Assembly (NCBI GenBank): GCA_010405405.1
Contig: MU004235.1
Span: forward strand, 572,538 to 636,537
DNA length: 64,000 bases
Source of the DNA: Microthyrium microscopicum
Taxonomy: Eukaryota
Direction: 5' to 3'
Below, in pieces: positions 37,674 through 51,121 of this stretch. The position numbers and the translations under genes are program-made. The notes under the pieces were generated by a model. The model was not told the DNA's origin, searched no databases, and was given only the letters and a program-made list of their open reading frames with translations. Positions within the stretch are counted from its first letter, which is position 1, and every line of letters begins with the position of its first letter.

Positions 37674-38865
37674 ATGAGGCGCTTAATCCATCTTAAAAGC
37701 AACAAACCTTTTCGAAGGCTCCTCCAATACCAACCAGATGTCAGCGAAGTTCCCCGGGTTCAAGGTTGCTCAACTAGAGCATATCTAGCTACTTCAAGCA
37801 ACATGCAGGCGCGCAATCTCTTCACTGCTCGCAAGCGATATTCTCTGAAGCTTGGAGCAATCTCTCCGAAATCTGAATTCTCAAGCAATCAAAGATTATG
37901 GTACAAGAAACAAGTAGGCAATGTGCGCGAGCCCATTGTTCACGACGTATTCGAAAGCAAAACCGGTTCATGGCAGTATGTAGTAGTGGACAGAGCAACC
38001 TCAGTCGCAGTCATTATTGACCCGGTTCTTGACTACGACCCGATCACACAGAAGATCACCACGACCAGTGCCGATTCATTGCTGGCTCTCATCGGTAAGA
38101 AAGAGTACAAAGTAGATATGATTCTGGAAACGCATGCACACGCAGATCATCTCTCTGCAGCCTCTTATTTACAACACCGTTTGACTCAAGAGCAAGAGTA
38201 TCGTCCAAGTATCGGTATAGGCAAGCGTATTGAGCAGGTTCAACGTCGGTTTGGGGAGCGATATGGTATTCCGGCAAAAGAATACGACAGTGTCTTTGAC
38301 AAGGCTTTCGAGGATGACGAGGAGTTCGCTGTTGGGAGTCTCAAGGCAATAGCGATTCACATACCCGGACACACACCCGATCATATGGGTTATAAGATTG
38401 GAGGTAATGCTTCCCGCACATCGTTCTTGAGTGGTACCCTGATATGAAGATCTAGACAACATTTTTTGCGGCGATTCCATTTTTCATATAGACATCGGCT
38501 CCGCGCGAGCAGATTTCCCCGATGGCAGTGCGACAGATCTTTTCAAGTCCGGTCGGAAGCTCCTTACATTTCCGGATCATGTCAAGATTTGGACGGGTCA
38601 TGATTACCCTCCTAAAGGAAGACTAGATCCCGTGCCATATATGACTGTGGCAGAACATCGCAGGCTGAACAAGCACCTCATGGATGGGATGACTGAAGAG
38701 GAATTTGTGAAGATGCGTCAGGCTCGCGATAAGACACTAGCGGCCCCAAAACTAATACATCAGTCGTTGCAGATGAATATCAGAGGTGGAAAGCTACCGG
38801 CAGTCAGTAATACTGGACAGTTTATGCTGCACCTGCCATTAAAGTTGGGCGATTTGAGGTGGTAG
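37674..38865 (+). CDS. Persulfide dioxygenase-like metallo-beta-lactamase-fold protein; intron 38404-38455
   Basis: IIDPVLDYDP, ILETHAHADHLSAA, PGHTPDH, GDSIF..DIGSARADFPDG, GHDYPP, LQMNIRGGKLP. Arg/Lys-rich N-terminal extension. Confidence 0.88.
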
Positions 38866-40119
38866 AGTAGTAAAACCCTGCGCTACCTTGGCTACCTACA
38901 GAATCATGTTGTTAACTTATCGGCATGCTTACAAGAAATCTTAGATAATTATTTATTGGAGGGCACGATGATTGGTCAATCACTCAAGTACCGCAGCCTT
39001 GCTTTTTCCGCCATGGTGCAGTAGTGATGTTTTGAAGACAACTGACCCTTTCTTGACTCTTATTTCTTGACAAGCTTCCGAAATCTCACGATCCTTTTGA
39101 GAACAAAGAAGCTTCCCAGGACTAGAGGATTGAAAGAGAAATATCTGGAGGCGAAACCTTACGTGGGGTGGTTCGTGCCCACGAGGTCGGCGTTCATAAG
39201 CAAGGTATACCAGGTATGTACGTCGGCGATTACGAAAAAGTGAGCACATTTCATAGAATACTAGGACGAAGGTTGACAGTACCAGGACTTTCAACAGACC
39301 ATTAGGGGTAAACAGACGAAGGCAAGTGCAAAACTGCAAACTCTCTACTCCTTTTCGCACCGCCATTCTATGACTCCTGTCTGCCTTTCCTAGTACGTAC
39401 CTCAGTACTTCATTATTAGGGTTCAAATCGCCGGTGGCTAATGAAGAGGAAGAACAGGTGTTGCGAAGGCAAGCTTGAGCGTTGTTACAGGTTTTCAAGT
39501 ATGTGGTCGAAATGAGCAATTCTACGCCAAAGTTGAGCATGATTATGACATTGTTACCTTATACTTGTTATGAGAGAGACTTTAATGATACCAGCCATGT
39601 CGCCTAAACCTTGCTGTACGACAGGGGCTTAACCTTCCTTCAACATCACCTCGTCCACATGTCCATAAATTTCTATCTTCTAGAAGTCAAAATTGTGAGC
39701 CAGCATCTCTATCTAGAAATACCGATTGGCGGTGACCAGAATGGACTGACGAAGGATATAATCAACGATCAAGCCGCCAAAAGAGTATTTCCTACACCGA
39801 ATCATTTCGAGAAAAGTAGAAGAAACGATGTTGAAAGAATGTCTCACATGCGGAGAATTATCAAACTGATGCCAGCGATTTAGACGCCACTCAGATCCAA
39901 TCATCCAACCACCGAATTACCCTCAGCTGTGATGAAAAGCTCGCAAGGCGTTGCCTGTTCAAATTTGGTTGGAAGAAAACAGGAGTATCACTCCTTCTAG
40001 TCTCACCTTCAAATGTTCGAAATACAACTCACAAGTCTGCTCAAAACTAAAATCGTGCCATCTAAATTCATTGAATGATCTTGGTATCGAAAATAATCTC
40101 CGTGATGCGGCTGTTTTAT

Positions 40120-43100
40120 GGGACTTGCTAAACGGCCCCTACTTTCCAGCTAATCTGCCCATGGTTTCCAGCTAATCTGCCCCTATAGTATCCGAAGCCG
40201 AGATATTCTGAAGCTATTCCTAAATAGGAAGTCCGTGATAAAATTCATAGTGTTGTAGTAGTACTAGAGTATAATTTTGGTGTCTAAAGATCTAATATTT
40301 TAGAAGCTAAAATACTAAAACTACGCTAGTAGCTTTAAAGCTATAATCCTAAGAATTTTATAATTTTAGGCGTGAAACTATAAGATCTGTAGAATTCTAA
40401 CTATATAATATCTCTTTATCGTTTTTAAAGCATAAAACAATCATTCCGTAACGTATCTTGATCTTGTTTTTGGTATAGTAATAAATTAAGTATTCTACAT
40501 CTAATCCTAACCCCGTTTTTGGTATAGCAATATTGTAATTACTTGCCACGAGCTCGTCCTCCTTGTCCTCTATGAGATCTGCGCCCTCCGCGCCCTCCGC
40601 GTTGTGGTGTTGGTTAAGCTAAAGTGGCCTGAAGAGCTGTGATTTGGTGGCGTAATTCTGCTATCTTGAGATCTTTATCTGCTGTAATATTCTCGTGAAC
40701 GCGCGTTAAAGGCTTAATAACGCGCTTCTTACGTTGTAGAGCTTTAGTCTGATTGGTGTCTTTAGCCTAATTGGTGTCTTTAGCTAAGTTGACGGCCTAA
40801 ATAGCATTTAGTAGAGCTTTAAGAATCGCGTTAATGTCCTTAAAATCCTTGTTGGAGTCCTCCTTAATTACTATGAGCGCTAATAAAGTTATTATACCTA
40901 AACTGCTACTATTTAATGCCGCTAGAGTCACAATCTTATAAGGGCGTCCTTATTTACGTTTTAGAGGTACTGTTAAAGGTGCTATTAAAGGTGTTAGCGC
41001 TGTTAAAGATGCTGAAGCTATTAAAGTAGCATTTATCTCCTAAAATAAGAGATCTTAACGAGTAGAGGTAATTGTTTTGTTAGCTCGTGGATAACTACTA
41101 CTACGTACGTTATTTAGTAGTAGAACTCGTAGAATTTGAGGATGCTTAGGCTCTAGTAGGAATCTTAAAGTAGGAATAGTATTTTATAATTCTTCTTAAG
41201 GTCGTTTATAGTACTAGTATAAATTAACGTTAGATCTATTAATAGTCTACTTAGAATTCTATATATAGTAATCTTGAATATAATAGCAATAAGGTAGCCT
41301 AAATACTAAGGTAAAGACGCTACTATAGGGATTAGAATAGGTTAGATTTTTAGCTAGAAGATACTAATTAGCGATTATATTAAGGGCATAGTTTAAGATA
41401 GCTTAGTAAATGTGTGGTAGTAATATTAGAATAACTAAAGGTTAAAGTTAAGAAGGGATTTAAAGTGCGTCTTTTACTATAGCTTTTTAAATAGCATTAA
41501 TAGCTAAATATATCTATTTCTTACAAATATTAATAATAATATTAAGATTAGCTTGTAAGCTAACTAACTAAAATTTAATTACGCTATAAAGACCCTTAAG
41601 TAATAATGTAGTAATAATACCAAAATAGTAAGAATCTTTAAGCTAGGCCTTATAGAAGTCTTCTTTAATAATTAACTAAGTATCGCGAAGATAGGATAAT
41701 AACTCCTATTAGTTACTAAACTTACTAATAAAGCTTAACTATATAGTATTATGCGCTTCTATAGAGTACGCACTTATAATATCTTACTATATTAATATTA
41801 TAGTATTTTGGTCCTAAATTATAGTATTAAAAGCTATTAAACTTAATAGACAACTAATAGTACTAAATATAGTTCGTAATTAAGCTTTAACTACGCAATT
41901 AATATAAAAAAGGCATAAAATCTATTAAACTTCTAGGAATTTAATATTAATAGCGGTCTTTAAAGCAGGGCATTTATTAGTTAGAATAATATTTAGTAGT
42001 TTTAACTTATCGTATTAAATATACTAGTTAAATATATAAAGAGCTTATATATATTTAGGAATCCCTTTGCTAGAAAGAAAGGTAAATCCTATAGAGAAGT
42101 ATTAATTAGTTAGTATAGTACTAGTAAGGTAAAATAATAGTATATTATATTAGTTTATATAGTATGTTAAGTCTATTAATAAGATATCTAAATAGGATTA
42201 AAATATCTTAATTTACTTCGCTATTACAAAGAATATAGCTTTTAACATACTATTAATAATAAGTGCTTTAGCGATTTACTTTTCTTCCTCTTTAAAGGTG
42301 TCTATTATAGCTTCTAATAGGGTACGTCCGTAAAGGTATAGATTCTTCTCTTTTTAAAGAAGATTAGAGAGATCTTTTGTTTTAAATACGATTCTTCTCT
42401 TATTATTAATTAAGCCTATTAAATAGCAAGTTAGAATACTATTCTTTATAGAATTTAGGATTTATTACTTAGTGTCATTCTTCTTTAAATTTACGCAATA
42501 GTTTGATATGTGTATAGAAAGACTATATAAGGGATTATAATTATGTCGTTTAGAATAAATATTAAAGGACTATTAGTATATTATATTATCTTTATAGATA
42601 TTATATCTTTAAGGGTAATCTCGCTTCTTTAAGCCTATATTCTTTTAGATTCTAGTAGAGGTAGAAGTATACTTATAAGTAAGGTTGCATTCTAAGTAAT
42701 ATGTATATTTTTTAGTAATAATATTTAGTATAGTACTATTAGGCTTTAATTAATAATAATTAATAGCGTATCTATACAATTAGTTATAATTTTATATTGC
42801 TTTAATTATAGCTTTAGAGGTTAGCTAAATATTATCTAGAGAATTAGGGATAGGAATTAGCATTATATATAGTTATAATATTATAGTATTGTTATAGTGT
42901 TATTATAGTGTTAAGGAATTTTGTTGTAATAACGTAAAGTAAACCTTGAAGTTAGGACTTAAGGAATTATTATGTAGGTCTTAACGCTAGTAGTTGACCC
43001 CACTATAATATAGCTTAGACTAAGCTTAATATAGATAGGACTAGTCTACTTTTGGTTAGTATTAGGGTATCTTACCCTAAGATCTCGGCTTTGGATACTA

Positions 43101-43166
43101 TAGGGGCAGATTAGCTAGAAACCATGGGCAGATTAGCTGGAAGCCAGGGGCCGTTTAGCAAGTCCC
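40120..43166 (-). mobile_element. Mutator-like (MULE) DNA transposon, 3047 bp, RIP-inactivated
   Basis: 85-bp TIRs (40120-40204 and 43082-43166), perfect 9-bp TSD CTGTTTTAT (40111-40119 and 43167-43175). Minus-strand relic DILLIDLTYYIN*YNILLFYLTS..YFSIGFTFLS (about 42190-42070) resembles the MULE transposase core. Interior is very TpA-rich. Confidence 0.93.
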
Positions 43167-44161
43167 CTGTTTTATTGTCCGAGCCGCCGAGCGCCACAGG
43201 CGGTCGTCCAGCCACCCAATTCCCTAAACAAGTCAAGCGGCCAGTCTATCTTCAACACTACGCTCTTGACGACGAACGACAGTCCAGAGAAAACGCCAAA
43301 AGGCGCATCAAGCAGGCGCACCGCCTCATGTTTACATTCATCCTGTGGAATTGAATTTTTCTGGACAGCGCACAATGATGCCACTGGCAAAGCAACCGTC
43401 TTCAAATGTCGCGCAAGAAGCTGCGCGCAACGGAATCAATAGTCAGTCACTGCGCAATTGCGAGCTGACAAGAAAGCGTATTGAGCTGAGATATATCTCA
43501 TTTTGTTACTGTAGAATTTGTCATCTTTGGCTTCGAACAGAAGGTGTTCCGAGGGAGGGTTTACCATTTCCGCAGCGACAATCCTTTGCAGATGCCAGAA
43601 GCTAGTGAATAAGTTAGCAAGCCACAAAACGTTATACGTGGAGCAGAAATTCGCTGACCAACCTCTCAGAAACAACGTTTTAATTCCCGAAAGAAGGCTT
43701 CTACGTTATTATTCTTGAAGATAGCTAAATGTCCTATAATGAGGCTGGAATGCAGAAACCGTACCTGCATTGTGCCTTGCAGCTGACAAGTATCCACGAT
43801 CTGACGCGTTTCGCTTAGCCTTATTCTCCGTGTACGATGAACCAATCCAGCCTCGTTCTCAAACTCCCAAAGCCTTGAAGGCCAGTCGATTGTTGTGAGT
43901 TGCAGCCCAAACTTGCAGGTTCTGTCAGTGGCGTTCTTCTGCCCCCAAAGTGCCGCTCTACTTTGTACCTGAATACTCCGCTGTCCAGCCTTCGAAACCT
44001 TCTTGCAACTTCTTCAACATCCACCTCCTGCCTCCCTTATTGTGAATGTACAATGCTGCTCAATATGGTTGAGAATATAAGGATGCAAGACCGGGTCCGT
44101 ATTCGGGCTTGGTCTTGGTATACCATTCTTTCAGGAACACCACCAATCCTTGCTCTTCAAC

Positions 44162-45661
44162 ATGTTTTCTCACTATTCCGCTATACTTCTTGGCCTATCT
44201 CTCCTATGGGGAACCCACGCACATATGGAGATGTCTGACCCGCTCCCAATAAGGAGCTCACTGGATCCCTCAGTACCAGAACTACTAAAGGATTACAACC
44301 TCAAATCACCACTTACTGCCAATGGCAGCAATTATCCTTGCCATGGGTAAGCAATCTCCTCTGAGGTTACATCCACTCGTTCTAACTTATAACCCAGATA
44401 TCAAAACGAGAGACCTATCGCCATCAAGCAAACATACAAAGCTGGAAGCCAATACAGCATGAGCATAGCAGGCACCGTAAACCATGGAGGAGGATCATGT
44501 CAGCTCAGTCTTAGTTACGACAACGGCGCAACTTTCAAAGTCATCCAGAGTATGATCGGTGGCTGCCCGGTAACAACTACCTATCCTTTCACGATTCCCT
44601 CCTTTGCTCCCACTGGAAACGCTCTCTTTGCTTGGACTTGGTTCAACGAAATTGGAAACCGCGAAATGTACATGAATTGCGCTTGGGTGTCAATACAAGG
44701 CTCAAGCTCGAAGCGGCGATCGAAGCGGCAAAGCACCTTCACCAGCATGGCCTCTCTTCCAAACATAGTGCGAGCCAACATTGACGGACTCAATACATGC
44801 GCGACTACTGAGGGTGTCGACCCACACTTTGCAAATCTAGGACCTGATGTCCTCTACGGCCCAGGCAAAACTGCTTCCGACCCAGTTACCAACCTCGGCG
44901 CCAATTGCGACAGCTCTACGCCAAGCGGCCAAACCTACGAGAATGTTGGCGACACCGGATTCCCTTCCTCAGCAACTACCACAGCCACTGCTGGTGCCGC
45001 ATCAACTACTGCTGGCGTGTTCGCAGAAGGTGGATCGACTCTTCCCAACGTCCCTTCTGGCACTACAGCTGTCCCAGCAGTTAGCGTGCTTACCAACTAC
45101 AATACAGGCAGCACGTTTTCCACTGTGGTCTCAAGCAGCACCTCATCCAGCTCCAGCTTCGTTCCCATTCCTGTAACAGTCCTCAGTCCCACCGAGTGGG
45201 CACTAGTTACCAGTACCTTGACTGCAACTGTACCACCCACCTCCTCCGCATCATCAGCTTCGCAACTCTCCCAATCCGTTCCATCAATATCATCGCCCTC
45301 TGCCCCATCAGTATCATCACCTTCATCCGCCGCCTCTGCAACACCTTCTCCTGCAGCGACAGGCCCCGGCCTCGCCTTCGCCTCCGAAAGCACTCTCAGC
45401 GCCTATCTGCCCTGCGTTCCCGGCTCATTCCTCTGCCTCTCCGCAACTAGCTATGTCATATGCGATCAATCAGTGCAAGGAATTCCATTCACACCTTCCA
45501 TGCAATGGATTGGCGCGCCTCAAGCGGTGGCCGCCGGCATGCAATGCCAACCATATCTCGCGCCTATCCCCAGTTCGCTCGCCGGACAAGTGAACAATGG
45601 GTCCGCGACTGCTGCGACGCCGAATGGCTTTTTCCGCAGTGATCGCTATGTTGAGCTATAA
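44162..45661 (+). CDS. AA11-type lytic polysaccharide monooxygenase with Ser/Thr linker and Cys-rich C-terminal module; intron 44347-44397
   Basis: Signal peptide ending before His1 (HMEMSDPLP), HGGGSCQ, WTWFNEIGNREMYMNCA. Confidence 0.88.
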
Positions 45662-46620
45662 TCGTCCCTCGCTGTTGCTCGCACGCTTTCCATCATACGC
45701 TTTTGCGCACTTTCTTGAACAACCCCCTTTACAGCATTATTTTAGCGGTTTATGATACTTGGATTCTGATAATGTGTATGACTAATGGTTCTCATGTTTA
45801 TATGGGCTACAAAAGTATTTAATGAGTTGGATGAGATAAATATGGCGGTTATGTATTATAAATATTTTGGATTAGGGCCCAGGTGGGAAATGAACATATT
45901 GATACTATCCTATCTTCGAATTTTGCCAGTGACAATAAGTTTTTCAGACTTACTCTACCCATTGCCACCAAAGACTGGTGGTAAGGGGACAGGTTTTGTT
46001 CTATCCAAGCTTTCACACGAGTTATGTACCGGTACTACTTTCAATCCTGGAGTCTGATCTCTTTACCTTACTCTGAGCAAATAGAAGATACCAAAGGTTC
46101 TAGTCAATTGAAAGCTCCGAAATACAATTTGCCACATTGTCAATCCCGCTCGTGTTCTGGAGAGCATACTTTCGCTCATCGGTATTCACTTTGAATCCCT
46201 GCTCAGGACAATTCCAGCTAGACCATAGATCACACATGCATACCTCAACGATCATGCGATTCGACAGGATTCAACGTGCTTCAACACGCCAATCCGCCTC
46301 TTCTCCTGAAAGCCAATCTAATTCACAACAAGTATACATTCGCCTCCATGCCCCTCACGTACTCCCAAATATCAGCGTGGGGACATTTCTGCGCCCATAC
46401 TTATGACGGAATCCCGGTCCTATTATCCCAAACAGCCCTGTCATACACGGTCCATCTACAACCGAGATCTTTCATCGCGCCAATGACATGACCTTGCTAT
46501 TTCTGTTCAATTAGATCATTAATGAAAGCAATATACGATCACGATGTTTAGCGTTTCTGGTGTCTTGAACACGATCCGCTGTGCGCATAATTATCAGTAT
46601 GAAGCTTTCTTGTCAACAAT

Positions 46621-49600
46621 ATGAAATTTCTTCAGAAGTTGGCTTTTGGGTTAGTCGCTTGGCTACAGTTTGTTGTTCTTGTGCTTGGGAAAGAGAGAGC
46701 TCCGTCTGCGCTGCCTGTGCATGATAATGGGTTGAATAAAGTTGTACAGTGGTAAATATTACTCTAGGCTGTTGTTTTCTGCTGGAAGGATTGACTAATC
46801 TTTTGGATAGGGATCGTCATAGTTTCTTGATCAAGGGAGAAAGAGTGTTCTTCTTCGGCGGAGAGTTCCATTATTGGAGATATCCAGTGTAAGTCACGAC
46901 TGACGTGTGTGAAGCGTTTTCTAATAAGAAGCAAGACCTGAATTATGGCGCGACGTACTGGAGAAGATTAAAGCAGCTGGGTAAGCTTTCAGTTTCACTT
47001 CACAGAAACACAATGTTGAAGATAAGTCTCAGCTTCAACGCATTCTCCATATACAACCACTGGGGATATCACAATCCAGCACCGGGAGTTCTCAACTTTA
47101 AAGATGGAGCGCACAACTTCACTTCAATCATGACCATGGCCAAAGAGCTTGGGCTGTACATGTTCATTCGACCAGGACCATATATCAATGCCGAAGCCAA
47201 TGCTGGTGGCTTTCCCCTATGGTTGACTAACGGCGCCTATGGAAGTCTCCGAAACGATGATCCGAGATATACAGCCGCGTGGACACCATATATGGAAGCC
47301 ATTTCCAAAATCATCAAACCACATCTCATTACTAATGGCGGGAATGTTGTATTCTTCCAAATCGAAAATGAGTTGGAAGGACAGTGGAAAGGCAATCCGA
47401 TGGCCAAAATAGATAATCCTTCGGTTGAAAATTATATGGATTTGCTGGAAAAGAATGCTAGGGCGAATGGGATTGATGTTCCGTTAACTCATAACTCTCC
47501 TAATATGGTAGGCGAAAGATACTGGTTTTGCAATGGAACTGGACACTAACTCTCGCAGCAAAGCCACTCCTGGTCCAAAGATTTCTCCAATAGTAAAGGG
47601 AACGTTGATGTAAGTGGTAAGTCACCGGCTGCGTCTAATGTCTGCCTGGGGTACAGAAAACTTAGAATGCTAATCATCATTACAGGTCTTGATAGCTATC
47701 CGTCGTGTTGGAGCTGTAATCTCACGGAATGTACTGAGACGAATGGAGAATACAAGGCTTATTCGACAGCAAATTACTATGAGTGAGTGCCACATATCTG
47801 TCTTGCAAAACTGTTTCCAAATCATTGAGTCGCAACATGCGAGCTAACCATGAGACAGTTACTTTCAAGTTGATTCGCCGTGAGTGCTTTTGATCTAGCC
47901 ACCGACCAATGTGATCTAATATGGAAATAGTACTCAGCCGAATTTCATGCCCGAGTTTCAAGGAGGTTCTTACAATCCCTGGGGCGGTCCCCAAGGTGGC
48001 TGTTCAGCCGACATTTGGACCGATTTTGCAAACTTGTTTTACCGCGACTTGATTGCCCAGCGAGTCACTGGAATCTCTCTATACATGGTTTTCGGTGGAA
48101 CTTCATGGGGGTGGCATGCTGCGCCAGTGACAGGTAAGGCCTCAAATGCGCCTTCCACAAAGCTATAGATCTAACAACAATTTTCAATAGGTACAAGTTA
48201 TGATTATGCGTCTCCAATTCAAGAGAATCGGACTATTGGAGACAAATATTACGAGACCAAACTGCTCGCTCAATTTACAAGAGGTTTGTTTGGATTGAAA
48301 ATGATTAATGCTGCGGCTAACGCCCTGTAGCTGCTAAGGATTTGTCTTTTACTGACCGGATTGGAAATGTTAGTGATTACCTGTGTTCCAAACGTGACAA
48401 CTGATATTGTGAAAGGGCACCAGCTATACGACTAATGCCGCCATCATGGCATCAGAACTACGAAATCCGGACACCAACGCAGGGTTCTATGTAACGAGAC
48501 ACCGGGACTCAACATCAAGCACTGTGGAAACGTTTAAGCTCAAAGCTAACATTTCTGGCAGCATCTGTATGTACATTCATATTCTTACTGACGAGAAAAT
48601 CTCATAGTCTCTAGTGACGATACCACAATATGATAGTGGAATCAAACTCAACGGACACCAGTCCAAGATTCTCGTCACCGAGTTCGAATTCGGGAATAAG
48701 CTATTATTATACTCCACCGCGGAGGTCCTGACCTACTCTGTTCAAGACAAGAAGGGAACTCTGGTACTATGGGTACCTACTGGCGAGTCGGGCGAGTTTG
48801 CCATTGATGGAGTGAAAAATGGCAGGGTAATCTCAAGGGACGGGTCCACGAGTATTGGTATATACTCTGGACAATCCAACGTCACAATCACGTTCCAGCA
48901 GACAAGAGGCTCAAGCTTGGTTGAACTTGATGATGGCACTCGTGTTATCTTGCTAGATCGCTCTGCAGCTTATCGCCTATGGTCTCCTGTTCTCGGGAAT
49001 AACCCGAGCGCTGATGCTGATGATACAAGTATAGTCTCTTAACAATATCGAGCGACTTCAACTAACTGATAGCAGTTCTTGTTCAAGGACCGTATCTAGT
49101 ACGTAGCGCGAAGCTTGAGGACGATGAATTGCACCTTGAAGGCGATCTTGACGACGTAACGATGATCACAGTCTACGCCCCAAAGCTCGTTCAGACTATC
49201 AAATGGAATGGGAAAGAAATCAGTACGGAGCGAATAAAGCCAGGAATATTCAATGGTAAAATCGGAAGCAAGGTCGAATACAAACTACCAGAACTAGGAG
49301 AATGGATCTTCTCAGACAGCCTGCCAGAGATTCGTAATGATTATCAGGCTGGTAGCGAGGCCTGGATCATTGCTGGCAACAAAGCAACACAGAATCCAAA
49401 CAAACCAGCGTCGAATAATCCAGTCCTATACGTGGACGACTACAACATCCACAACGGTTATCATGTCTTCCGCGCTACCTTCCCGACGACATCACTGCCT
49501 CCTTCTGGTGTCTACCTCAACGTCAGAGGTGGTACTGCTTTTGGCTATTCTACCTGGTTGAATGGGAAGTTCATCGGGTCCTGGCTCGGATCACCGTCGC

Positions 49601-50304
49601 TCAGTCTTCACGGTATCGACTTTTCATTCGCCAACGCAACTTTGAGACCACAAGGAGATAACACTCTCGTGGTGGTCATGGACAACTCTGGCCATGACCA
49701 AAGATCCGCTGCCTTGAACCCAAGAGGAATCGTGAACGCCACACTATTGGGGACAGGAAACTACACTTTCAAGGAGTGGAAGATTGCAGGAACAGCAGGC
49801 CGAGAGAAAGCACTAGATCAATTCCGCGGTCCATTGAACGAAGGCGGATTGTGGGCTGAACGCATAGGAGCTCACTTGCCAGATTGTCCAGACAAGTACT
49901 GGCGAAGCGCAACAAATCTGACAGTACCAGGACCCGGAGTGCGTGTCTTCAGGACGTATATGCCTCTCCAGATACCACAAGGACTAGATGTATCAGTGTC
50001 CTTTAGACTCACAGCACCACCAGAGAAGAACAAGTTCCGTGCCCTGCTATTCGTAAATGGATATCAGTACGCCCGATTCAATCCTTATATTGGCCATCAG
50101 ATCGACTTCCCAGTGCCTCCGGGAATTCTGAACTACAAGGGCGATAATGTCATTGCAGTGACGATGTTCAGTCAGAGCGTGGACGAGGCTGAACTGAAGC
50201 TTACTTGGAATACCGATTATGTCCATTCTTCAAGCTATAACTTTGCCTTTGACTCTCAGCATTTGCATGCGAATTGGACAGAAGCTAGACTGATGTATTC
50301 ATAA
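46621..50304 (+). CDS. Secreted GH35 beta-galactosidase, about 12 introns
   Basis: Spliced product has [28 protein letters not shown] (acid/base), GLDSYP, MPEFQGG (nucleophile), [15 protein letters not shown] and C-terminal jelly-roll domains. Confidence 0.92.
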
Positions 50305-50578
50305 AAGTTGGGAAGATTTGCTAGTAGGTACCATCTATACGTTACGCACTGCGCAAAAAGTACCTTTAGTCATATACAAAAATACAACTTCACAGAGCTG
50401 CAAGCAATACCGCCTGACAGACAACAATGATCTCCTGGCCGTCTACTTTCCAGACTGGTTAGCTTTCAACTAAGTTGAAGTAAGCAGCCGAACAAACCGC
50501 CAGACTCGATCTTTGGTTCATGCTTAGCGTGATATACAGAAATTTGGTCCACATCTCCAACTGAACCATGGATCAATT

Positions 50579-51121
50579 ATGCGCCTTCCAAGAACAAAAT
50601 CCTTCAAAGACTATAAAGACCAACATGACCGCTTCCTGGATCAATCTGATTTCCAACCATCTCACCCACACAGCCAACTCTTTCCCAAACCACCAGTCCG
50701 CAACTATCCCAACGCAACCCAACAGTCTCCAGTCACAAGCATCATGAGACCAATATTCTTCCCGCGAGCCTTCACTATTTCATCAAGCATCCCTCGAGTC
50801 TTTACTCCTCTAATGGCCAAAACACTCCAGCGAAACCACCAAATCTTCACTATACAACCACCAAATATGCGAACACGACATGCTGCAATCTCACAGCCAC
50901 AACAGCGGTCTCCAAATTGGCTCGGCATGCGCTTGCTGCAGGAATCACAGGCCGTTGGCCCGGGAGGCTTTTTGAATGCTGCTATGGTCGTTAATATGGC
51001 ACGGAATGAACGCAATGCGGAGAATATGAAGATTTTTGGAGCAAGGTTGGATGGATGGCGGCTTCGCTTCCGTAGGGCGGAGGGAAGGAAGTTGATGATG
51101 GATGCCGACAATCGAGTTTGA
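50579..51121 (+). CDS. Hypothetical protein, 180 aa
   Basis: ATG-initiated ORF filling the gap between two genes. No recognisable motif. Confidence 0.35.
   Translation: MRLPRTKSFKDYKDQHDRFLDQSDFQPSHPHSQLFPKPPVRNYPNATQQSPVTSIMRPIFFPRAFTISSSIPRVFTPLMAKTLQRNHQIFTIQPPNMRTRHAAISQPQQRSPNWLGMRLLQESQAVGPGGFLNAAMVVNMARNERNAENMKIFGARLDGWRLRFRRAEGRKLMMDADNRV

Noticed and set aside
38980..39904. ORFs between PDO and the MULE
   Set aside because: No recognisable product. They may be decayed gene remnants, but I cannot support that.
40145..40183. 22-bp period direct repeat as a CRISPR-like or satellite array
   Set aside because: Only two units, located inside the MULE TIR, in a eukaryotic context.
47610..47685. 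Nested intron (stwintron) in the GH35 gene
   Set aside because: Two-step removal leaves a 36-nt outer intron and an out-of-frame product.
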